64,000 nucleotides of DNA from an uncultured Bacteriovoracaceae bacterium (GTDB lineage Bacteria; Desulfobacterota; Desulfomonilia; UBA1062), in assembly GCA_964618975.1 (NCBI GenBank), contig CAZUDI010000010.1, positions 4,378 to 68,377 on the forward strand. The letters run 5' to 3'. Both the position numbers and the translations under genes were made by a program. Positions 56,952 through 64,000 of this stretch are shown here, in pieces. How positions within the stretch are numbered: the first letter of the stretch is position 1; the number at the start of each line of letters is the position of its first letter. Below the pieces are notes generated by a model. That model did no database searches. It had not been told where the DNA came from and worked only from the letters and a program-made list of their open reading frames with translations.

Positions 56952-58796
56952 TTATGAGGCGAAACTCTCCAAAGCGATTTCCATAACCGAGAGGTCCTCA
57001 CTCTTGATGGCCGTGCAGGCGGCATCCGCCTCGGGCAGCACGTGGTTGATAAAATACTTAGCCGAAGCGAGCTTGCCGGCGTAGAAGGCGGCTTCCCGGT
57101 TCTCACGGATGAACTCCGCATCGAGTTCCTTGCCTTGGCTGGTCTTTTCCAGATTCTCCTGGGCCACGCGGGCCTGCCACAGCAGCAGCCAGGCACACAC
57201 CACCTTGCCCATCAGCATCAGGAAGGGGTAGGCATTGGTCAGCGGCACGAGGAATTTGCCCTCACGCCCGCATTGGCCGAAATACAGCGCCAGCTCTGCC
57301 AGGGAATCGATACGCTGCTGCACCTTGCCGGCCAGGTCCTTCAGGGACGGCTGCCCGGTGCAGGCGGCCACGGTGGCGTTCATCTCGCCCAGCAGGTTCA
57401 TGAAATAGCGGCCCTTCTTCATGGCGAGCTTGCGGCCCACGAGGTCGAGGGCCTGGATGCCATTGGCCCCCTCGTAGATGGAGGCAATCTTCTCGTCGCG
57501 CAGAAACTGCTCCACCGGGTACTCGGCACAGAAGCCATAACCGCCGTAGACCTGCACCGCGTTCTCGCACACCCTGAAGGCCACATCCGAGCAATAGGCC
57601 TTGCAGATGGGCGTGAGCACCTCCAGGATACCCTGCCACTTGTCCTGTTCCTCCTCGCCTGCGGCGGTGCGTTCGCGATCGACGGCCAAGGCGGCGTAGT
57701 ACATCAGTGCCCGCATGCCCTCGACGTTGGACTTCATCCACAGCAGCATGCGCCGCACGTCCGGGTGCTGGATGATGGGCACACGCGGGGCCTGCGGGTC
57801 CTTGAAGTCCATGAGCGATGAGCCCTGGAGGCGTTCCTTGGCGTAGCTCACGGCATGCAGATAGGCGATGGAGGCGCTGCCCAACCCCTGCATGCCCACC
57901 AGGATGCGGGCCTCGTTCATGAGCTGGAACATGACCTTCATACCCTCGCGTTCCTGCCCCAGCAGCTCGGCATAGCACGCGCCATTGTCGCCGAAGTTGA
58001 TCAGGCAGGTGGAGCTGCCGTGGATGCCCATCTTCTCCTCGATGCCGGCGATCTCGAAGTCGTTGCGCGCCCCCAACGTCCCGTCGTCGTTGACCAGGTA
58101 CTTGGGCACCAAGAAGATGGAGATGCCCTTGGTGCCGGGGGGATCGCCCTCAATACGCGCCAGCACGGGATGGATCACGTTGGGGGTGATGTCGTTGTCG
58201 CCGGCAGTGATGAAAATCTTGGTGCCCTGGATGCGGAAGGTGCCGTCCGGCTGCCGGATGGCCTTGGTGCTCAGATTGCCCACATCGCTGCCGGCGCCCG
58301 GCTCGGTCAGGCACATGGTGCCGCCCCACTCGCCGCTGACCATCTGCGGGTGGTACTTGCGCAACTGCTCCGGGGTGCCGTAGGTCTCCACCAGGTGCGC
58401 CGCCCCCTCCCCCAGCCCGGGGTAGGACATGAAGGCGAAATTGTGGGCGAACCACTCATGGGCCGCGGTCTTGATGATCTCGGGCAGGCCCTGGCCGCCG
58501 TGCTCGGGGGGCACGCCCATGGCATTCCAGCCGCCCTCACAGAAAAGCCGGTAGGGCTTGTGGAAGCACTGTGGCACGTAGACCTGCCCGTTCTCCAGCC
58601 GGCAGCCCACCTTGTCCGATTCGGCCAGGGTGGGAAAGACCACACCCTCGGCGAATTTCTGGGCCTCGCTGAGAATCATGTCGAACATGTCCGGCGCAAA
58701 GTCTGCGTACCTCTGGCTCTGACAGAGCTCCTCCACCTTGAGCATCTCGTTCAGCACAAACCGCTGGTCCCGCTCATCCACAATCAGACTTGACAT
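56952..58796 (-). CDS. acyl-CoA dehydrogenase (long form, about 600 aa)
   Basis: ACAD N, middle and C-terminal domains (GSSTCLINF, YGGYGF, IYEGANGIQ) with an additional C-terminal extension. Confidence 0.9.
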   Translation of the reverse strand: MSSLIVDERDQRFVLNEMLKVEELCQSQRYADFAPDMFDMILSEAQKFAEGVVFPTLAESDKVGCRLENGQVYVPQCFHKPYRLFCEGGWNAMGVPPEHGGQGLPEIIKTAAHEWFAHNFAFMSYPGLGEGAAHLVETYGTPEQLRKYHPQMVSGEWGGTMCLTEPGAGSDVGNLSTKAIRQPDGTFRIQGTKIFITAGDNDITPNVIHPVLARIEGDPPGTKGISIFLVPKYLVNDDGTLGARNDFEIAGIEEKMGIHGSSTCLINFGDNGACYAELLGQEREGMKVMFQLMNEARILVGMQGLGSASIAYLHAVSYAKERLQGSSLMDFKDPQAPRVPIIQHPDVRRMLLWMKSNVEGMRALMYYAALAVDRERTAAGEEEQDKWQGILEVLTPICKAYCSDVAFRVCENAVQVYGGYGFCAEYPVEQFLRDEKIASIYEGANGIQALDLVGRKLAMKKGRYFMNLLGEMNATVAACTGQPSLKDLAGKVQQRIDSLAELALYFGQCGREGKFLVPLTNAYPFLMLMGKVVCAWLLLWQARVAQENLEKTSQGKELDAEFIRENREAAFYAGKLASAKYFINHVLPEADAACTAIKSEDLSVMEIALESFAS

Positions 58797-58859
58797 AACG
58801 TTCTTTCCTCCTTTAGCTGTTATTTCTATCTCTTGTTGTCTTGTACATCTCTAAGGGTG

Positions 58860-60266
58860 TTATATTGCCGCAACAGCCACAGGCTGATCTGCATCCTGGC
58901 AGACCCCCAGCTTCTTCGTGAGTGCTCGTGAATATTCATGGGAGACGACCAGGGCCCGCACCGCCTCCTCCGGTGAGAGGAAGACCGGGATCTGGTGCGT
59001 ACTGCGGATATCGAGGATCTTCTCCACCGTGTTGGGGATGTAGATGGCAGCAGGCTTGCCGAATTCACGGCACATGGCCACCAGCTCCCGCGTGGCATCG
59101 ATGATGAAATCCTGCCAGACATTCGGGATGGGCAGCAGCCCGTCCACGCTGTCCGACGAGAGCAGGATCTCGTAGATATCGAGGAAGGTCTGGATGTTCA
59201 GGGCCGGCCCGAGGTCGATGGGGTTGGCGGCGTTGTAGAGCTGCCCGACCTTGCGCAGCCGTGACTGGACATCCTCGCTCAGACGGGCCATCTCGAGCCC
59301 CCCAGACACGAGCAGGTCCGCCGTGATGCCACCCAAGGCCCCGGTATTCGAAATCACGGCGATGCGCCGACCCTTGAGGGGCGGCATGGTGGTGAAGATC
59401 TTGGGCAGGCTGAAGAGTTCGCTGATGGCCTGCACGCGGATCAGCCCTCCCTGGCGACAGGCGTTCTCGAAGACCACGTCGTTGTTGGCCATGCCGGCGG
59501 TATGGCTCAGGGCGGCCCGGGCGCCGGCCTCGGTCCGGCCCACCTTGTAGACCAGGATGGGCTTTCTCACGCGGCGGGCGGTCTGAAGCAGCTTGGTGCC
59601 CTGACGCACGTTCTCCAGGTACATGCCGATGACCTCGGTATTATCGGAGGCGAAATAGGCCAGCAGGTCGGCCTCGTCGATATCCGCCTTGTTGCCGATG
59701 GAGACCAGCTTGTTGATCTTGGCCACATCCCGTTCCATGGATTCGAGAATCAGCGCCCCCACCCCCCCGCTCTGGACGATGTACGAGCAGGTTCCCGGGT
59801 GGGCAAAGACGTCGCCGTACTTCTCAGGCGCCCCGCCGAAGAGGCAGCAGAAGCGGCTGTGCGCATCCAGCAGGCCCAGGCAGTTGGGGCCGATGAAGCG
59901 CATGCCGAAATGCCCTGCTATCTCATCCACCTCGGCCTGTAACCGACGCCCCTCCGGTCCCTCCTCGGCGAATCCCGCCGACTGGATGATGAAGCGGCGG
60001 ATTCCCTTGACGCCGCAGGCGCGCACCGTCTCGGGGACCAGACGTGCCTGGATGATGATCACCGCCAGATCCGGGCATTCCGGCAGGGCCTCCACCGCGC
60101 TGAATCCGGGATAGTCGTGCGACGGCTCTCCCCGGGGGTTGACCACGCAAACCTTCCCGGCATAGTCGATATGACGCAGCAGCTTGCAGATCGTGGAGCC
60201 GAGGTTGAAGGGGCTGTTCGAGGCGCCCACGATCACCACCGACCGCGGATTGAAAAACTTATCCAT
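58860..60266 (-). CDS. CoA-binding domain protein (alpha-subunit-like part of an ADP-forming acyl-CoA synthetase, lacking ATP-grasp)
   Basis: Start at ATG 60266 with an AGGAGG RBS (MDKFFNPRSVVIVGASNSP). Succinyl-CoA-synthetase-like CoA-binding and ligase-CoA domains. Confidence 0.85.
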   Translation of the reverse strand: MDKFFNPRSVVIVGASNSPFNLGSTICKLLRHIDYAGKVCVVNPRGEPSHDYPGFSAVEALPECPDLAVIIIQARLVPETVRACGVKGIRRFIIQSAGFAEEGPEGRRLQAEVDEIAGHFGMRFIGPNCLGLLDAHSRFCCLFGGAPEKYGDVFAHPGTCSYIVQSGGVGALILESMERDVAKINKLVSIGNKADIDEADLLAYFASDNTEVIGMYLENVRQGTKLLQTARRVRKPILVYKVGRTEAGARAALSHTAGMANNDVVFENACRQGGLIRVQAISELFSLPKIFTTMPPLKGRRIAVISNTGALGGITADLLVSGGLEMARLSEDVQSRLRKVGQLYNAANPIDLGPALNIQTFLDIYEILLSSDSVDGLLPIPNVWQDFIIDATRELVAMCREFGKPAAIYIPNTVEKILDIRSTHQIPVFLSPEEAVRALVVSHEYSRALTKKLGVCQDADQPVAVAAI

Positions 60267-60309
60267 CAAGGCCTCCTGGTTGCATACGCATGTCTTGAGC
60301 CCACGGCCC

Positions 60310-60843
60310 TTATATGTCACCCGCTGGGGGGGAAAGGGATCTCCGGCGGAGTTCCTCCGCATATTTCGCCTTGAGCCCCTCGAGCATGTCGATGATGGTC
60401 AGCAGCACGAAGCGCCCGTTCTCGTCGGCCACCTCGCAGGTCTCAATCTCCATCTGCCGCAGGTCCTCGAGCTGTTCGTCCAGGGCGGAGATCTCGGAGA
60501 CGAACTGCTCGAGGATCTGTCCCCCCTCGAGGAAACGGAAGAAGAAGGCCCGCGTAAGGAAGTCGATCTGATAGTCCACCGGCGTGGGCGCGGCGGTGAG
60601 CTTCTTGTAGAAGAGCTCCCGGCCCTGGGTCGTGACCGTATAGACGTGCTTGTTGGGCTTGCCGGTCTGAATGACTACCTCCTTGCGCACCAGGTCGGAC
60701 TCCTCGAGTTTGCGCAGGGCGGGATAGATCTGATTGAGACTGAGGTTATAGGAAACCATCATCTTGCCCGAGATACGCTTGATCTTGTAGCCGGTCTTGG
60801 GTCCGGACATGAGGAAGCCCAGGATCATCAGTCCTGTATCCAT
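60310..60843 (-). CDS. PadR-family transcriptional regulator
   Basis: PadR winged helix (ILGFLMSGPKTGYKIKRISGKMMVSYNLSLNQIYPALRKLEESDLV). Confidence 0.85.
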   Translation of the reverse strand: MDTGLMILGFLMSGPKTGYKIKRISGKMMVSYNLSLNQIYPALRKLEESDLVRKEVVIQTGKPNKHVYTVTTQGRELFYKKLTAAPTPVDYQIDFLTRAFFFRFLEGGQILEQFVSEISALDEQLEDLRQMEIETCEVADENGRFVLLTIIDMLEGLKAKYAEELRRRSLSPPAGDI

Positions 60844-60892
60844 CTCAATACTCTCCGTAACAACTATTTCAATTTAAATTGCTTTATATGAA

Positions 60893-60913
60893 TATACTTT
60901 ATTTGAAAGTATA
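60893..60913. promoter_or_regulatory. AT-rich inverted repeat upstream of padR (candidate PadR operator)
   Basis: tatacttt-atttg-aaagtata (8 of 9 dyad positions), 50 bp upstream of the padR start. Confidence 0.45.
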
Positions 60914-61031
60914 CCTGTTCCCCTTGCCTGTCAAGTACCATCATCCACCCAGGGGCGCCCGGACGTTTCAAACTCAGGGTCCGTACAGACGGCCTGCCCT
61001 CCGGAAAGATAACGCCTTCGTTTATTTCGCG

Positions 61032-61116
61032 TAATCATGGGTATGAACCCCAGGGCAAGCCTAAGGACCCAGCTTTTTGCTGCAAGCAGCCAGGGAATTC
61101 GACCCATAGCGATTAA
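61032..61116 (+). repeat. full copy of the dispersed repeat family (closest to consensus)
   Basis: taatcatgggtatgaaccccagggcaagcctaaggacccagctttttgctgcaagcagccagggaattcgacccatagcgattaac. Confidence 0.85.
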
Positions 61117-61238
61117 CACGTTTAAAAAAAAGCCAACCAGTGGTATGTTTAAAACAATGTAGTGAGGTATGAATTGGGGATTGTTGGTGCCGTGGGGGGG
61201 AGAGCCATGCAGGTAAATCTCGGGGGTGATCGCACACC

Positions 61239-63635
61239 ATGAACAGAGTCGTGCGCTTAAGTGTCTATCACCCTCTCTGGGTCATCGCCGTCATAACGTT
61301 AATCTCGGTGCTTTTTGCCCTCGCGCTGCCCGGAATCCGCATCGACAGCCGTATCGAAATCTTCATCCCCACCGACAATCCGGTGCGGATGCTCTATGAA
61401 GAGAACCGCGCGGCATTTGACTCCCGCGAGGAGACCATCATCGGCATGGTGGCCGACTCCATCTATACCCCGGGCACCTTAAACAAGATTCACGCCATGA
61501 GTGAGGCCATCAGCGCGATCCCCCTGGTGGACCAGGTGACGAGCATCCTCACGATCGACTCCATCACCGGGGACGCCACGGGGATCACGGTGGCCCCTCT
61601 GGTGGACGAGGATAGCCTCCCGCAGAGCGCCCCGGAGATGGAGACCCTGCGGCAGAAGATTGAGGCGTGGGATTTCTATGAGGGCCTGGTCGTCACCCCG
61701 GACGCCCGGGGGGCGCTGATGGCGGTGACCTTCGAGCAGGGCACCGAGACCGACGCGATCACCCCGGTCTATCACGAGCTCGAGGCCATCGCCGACGCCT
61801 ATCGCGGCCCCGAGCATATCTTCATCTCGGGTGTGCCCGTGGTCAGCGCACTGACGGGCGAGTACATGCTGCGTGACATGCAGATCTTCGTGCCCTTCGT
61901 GAATCTCGTGATCATCGTTTCACTCCTGATCTTCTTCCGGCGGCTGGTCGGCGTGGTGCTGCCCCTGCTGACGGTGAGTATCTCCACCCTGTGGACCTTC
62001 GGGCTCATGGCCCTGCTCGGAATCCCCATCACCACGGTCACAAGCGCCTTGCCGGTGATCCTCGTGGCCCTCGGCAGCGCCTACGGCATCCACGTGCTGG
62101 AGAGCTTCCTCTCGGAGTATGCCGGCCAGGAGGCCGGCAGGGAGGGCGTCGTGCGCGCGGTCGAGCGCGTGAGCGCCCCCGTGATCATGGCCGGGCTTAC
62201 CACCATGGCGGGCTTCGCCTCGCTGCTGACCTCGGAGGTGGTGCCCATCGCCCAGCTCGGCCTGCTGGCAACCTTCGGTACCGGCGTGGCCTTCTGTGTC
62301 TCGCTGAGTCTGATCCCCGCCATCCTGTCACTGTGGGTCGGCCCGGGGTCGCGACGCGTCCCCGGGGTGCACTCCCGACACGACCTGATCGGGCCGATCC
62401 TGGGGCAGCTGTCGCGCCTGGTTCGCTCTCACAGCCGGGGTGTGCTCGCCTTAAGCGCGCTAGTCCTGGCCCTCTCCCTCGTTGGATCACTGCGGCTTGA
62501 GAGCGATATGGATCCGGTCAAACATTTCCGCACCGACAGCCCCCTCCGCCAGGCGGATGATGCCCTCAACGAAATCTTTGGCGGGACTTCCATGTTCAAT
62601 GTGGTTATCCAAGGCGAGGATCCGGACGCCGTCAAGGACCCCGAGGTACTGCACCTGATCGATGCGCTCCAGCGCAAGCTGGCCGCCATCGAGGGGGTCG
62701 GCAAGGCCGCTTCCCTCGTGGACCTCATCAAGAGGATGAATCAGGCCATGCACGCGGGCGACCCGGCCTTTTATACCATCCCCGAATCCCGGGACCTCGT
62801 GGCCCAGTACCTGCTGCTCTACTCCTTTGCCGGCGGCAGCGGGCTCGAACGTTTCGTGGACTACGATTATCGTTCTTCCCAGATCGTGCTGCAGCTCAAG
62901 TCTCAGAGCGGACTGCTGGCCGAGAAGGTCCTCGCGTCCCTTGAGGAATTCCGGCGTGCCGAGGCACCTGTGTCCAACCTCGAGATCTTCGCCACCGGGA
63001 TTGCGGCCATCACGCGCGAATTCAACCGCATCGTGATCAAGGGCCAGATCGCGAGCTTCATTACCTCGCTGGTCCTGGTTCTGCTCATCACCACGCTCAT
63101 TTTCCGCTCGCTGAGACTCGGGGCTTTCAGTCTGCTGCCGCTGTGCGTGCCCATTATCCTGAACTTCGCCGTCATGGGGATTACCGGCATCACCCTGAAT
63201 GCGGCCACGGCCATGATCGCCTGCGTCACCATCGGGGTGGGCATCGACTATTCCATCCATCTCATCGCGCGCTGGCGGCACGAGGTGCGCGCGGGCCACG
63301 AGCCCGAAGACGCCATCTATATCGCCATCGGCACTGTCGGCCGGGCCATCTTCTACAACGCCCTGGCGGTGGCCGCGGGATTCCTGGTGCTCCTGCCTTC
63401 GAAGTTCGTGCCCATCGTGCAGATGGGGCTGCTCACCGCCCTGGTGATGCTGGCCAGCGCCGTGGCCGCCGTCACGCTGCTGCCGGCAGCGCTGAAGCTG
63501 TCCATCCCGTACCTGTCCGGGAAGGAGAGATACGGGCGTCAGGCAAACATGGCCTGGGAAAAACATGCCACCGGTCCTCAGAAAACGGGAACTCAGAGAC
63601 ATGCCGTTGGTGCCAGGAGAATCAAGCCTCATTGA
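61239..63635 (+). CDS. MMPL/RND-superfamily exporter (HpnN-like)
   Basis: 798 aa with two 6-transmembrane bundles separated by periplasmic loops. MMPL/SSD pattern. Confidence 0.85.
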   Translation: MNRVVRLSVYHPLWVIAVITLISVLFALALPGIRIDSRIEIFIPTDNPVRMLYEENRAAFDSREETIIGMVADSIYTPGTLNKIHAMSEAISAIPLVDQVTSILTIDSITGDATGITVAPLVDEDSLPQSAPEMETLRQKIEAWDFYEGLVVTPDARGALMAVTFEQGTETDAITPVYHELEAIADAYRGPEHIFISGVPVVSALTGEYMLRDMQIFVPFVNLVIIVSLLIFFRRLVGVVLPLLTVSISTLWTFGLMALLGIPITTVTSALPVILVALGSAYGIHVLESFLSEYAGQEAGREGVVRAVERVSAPVIMAGLTTMAGFASLLTSEVVPIAQLGLLATFGTGVAFCVSLSLIPAILSLWVGPGSRRVPGVHSRHDLIGPILGQLSRLVRSHSRGVLALSALVLALSLVGSLRLESDMDPVKHFRTDSPLRQADDALNEIFGGTSMFNVVIQGEDPDAVKDPEVLHLIDALQRKLAAIEGVGKAASLVDLIKRMNQAMHAGDPAFYTIPESRDLVAQYLLLYSFAGGSGLERFVDYDYRSSQIVLQLKSQSGLLAEKVLASLEEFRRAEAPVSNLEIFATGIAAITREFNRIVIKGQIASFITSLVLVLLITTLIFRSLRLGAFSLLPLCVPIILNFAVMGITGITLNAATAMIACVTIGVGIDYSIHLIARWRHEVRAGHEPEDAIYIAIGTVGRAIFYNALAVAAGFLVLLPSKFVPIVQMGLLTALVMLASAVAAVTLLPAALKLSIPYLSGKERYGRQANMAWEKHATGPQKTGTQRHAVGARRIKPH

Positions 63636-63676
63636 AAGAAAAACCAGGTCCTGTGACCGGGGGGAGAGGAGGAACC

Positions 63677-64000
63677 ATGAAAGGCAAATCCACCTGTATG
63701 AAGATGCTCTTGGGTGCCGGCTGCCTGCTGATTTTTGCGGGCAGCGGCTGGGGCACGGAGCCCGACGCTTACGGGATCGTACGCCAATCACGGGACCTGA
63801 TGGACCAAGCCCGTGACAGTGTGGCCGAGATGACCATGACACTCGTCAACCCCAAGGGGGGGCAGCGTCTCCGAAAGCTGATCACCTATGCCCGGCGGGA
63901 TGAGGACGGCCGGGATAAAAGCCTTCTGGTCTTCAAGTCCCCGCCGGACGTCAAGGGCACGAGCTTCCTCGTCTGGAGCGATCCCGAGGGGGATGCGGAC
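63677..64000 (+). CDS. outer-membrane lipoprotein-sorting (LolA-like) protein, runs off window end
   Basis: GAGGAGG RBS and a signal peptide (MKMLLGAGCLLIFAGSGWG). Family members typically partner MMPL transporters. Truncated at position 64000. Confidence 0.7.
   Translation, partial: MKGKSTCMKMLLGAGCLLIFAGSGWGTEPDAYGIVRQSRDLMDQARDSVAEMTMTLVNPKGGQRLRKLITYARRDEDGRDKSLLVFKSPPDVKGTSFLVWSDPEGDAD

Noticed and set aside
57042-58793. 259-aa and 312-aa plus-strand ORFs antisense to the acyl-CoA dehydrogenase gene
   Set aside because: Antisense artefacts of a GC-rich coding region. The sense-strand ACAD motifs are unambiguous.
1-64000. tRNA, rRNA, CRISPR arrays, IS elements, prophage or restriction/defence genes
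   Set aside because: I scanned for T-loop-like GGTTCGAATCC motifs, regularly spaced direct repeats with spacers, and transposase, integrase or nuclease-type ORFs. None were found. The only repeats are the non-uniformly spaced dispersed family described above.

Overview
This is a GC-rich (about 60%) bacterial chromosomal window, densely coding on both strands, with an anaerobe-like gene complement. I could support about 63 protein-coding genes and no rRNA, tRNA, CRISPR array, IS element or transposase.

Main blocks, in order:
- Cell-division and one-carbon cluster on the minus strand: zapB, zapA, a candidate 6S RNA in the intergenic gap (synteny only, not confirmed by structure), and a C-terminally truncated 5-formyltetrahydrofolate cyclo-ligase.
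- ychF, a tandem SCP2-like protein and a class-III aminotransferase.
- A small cluster of flagellar-export-like genes (FlhB C-terminal domain protein, a putative FliK-like protein, a membrane HTH protein).
- An SDR oxidoreductase fused to a PilZ domain.
- A contiguous rnfABCDGE operon (E. coli rsx gene order) followed immediately by nfnAB, all on the minus strand.
- A Cache-only membrane sensor next to an orphan F0 c-subunit gene.
- A PilT-like protein with an N-terminal MshEN c-di-GMP-binding domain and degenerate ATPase motifs.
- An HK/OmpR two-component pair with an unknown third gene.
- A MerR regulator followed by three flavin oxidoreductase genes (one FadH-like OYE-family gene and two NMO/FabK-like genes).
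- glk-tkt, a stand-alone PilZ, and ftsY.
- A housekeeping run: heptose kinase, DUF4416, yicC, remA, gmk, pyrF, metF, an esterase, arfB, a DHH phosphoesterase, an aminotransferase, a PAS protein and nnr.
- An alpha/beta hydrolase, a small CxxCH protein, a second SDR, a MarR regulator and a carboxylesterase B lipoprotein.
- A PadR-regulated acyl-CoA operon (CoA-binding protein, acyl-CoA dehydrogenase, ADP-forming acyl-CoA synthetase).
- An MMPL/RND transporter with a LolA-like partner that runs off the window end.

The two most striking signals that annotation does not explain:
- A dispersed modular intergenic repeat family of about 85 nt, with at least 11 full or partial copies. The consensus core is ATCATGGGTATGAACCCCAGGGCAAGCCTAAGGA, a GCTGCAAGCAGC hairpin, then GGAATGCGGCCCATAGCGATTAA. 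Several copies sit immediately 5' of start codons.
- A directional motif, GTTTAAAG-N8-(T)ATACTTC, found four times. All copies point into minus-strand redox transcription units: the rnf operon, the FadH-like gene (twice) and one NMO gene. This suggests a shared promoter or operator, i.e. a candidate regulon.

Three c-di-GMP receptor proteins occur without any cyclase or phosphodiesterase in the window: the SDR-PilZ fusion, the MshEN-PilT pseudo-ATPase and the stand-alone PilZ.
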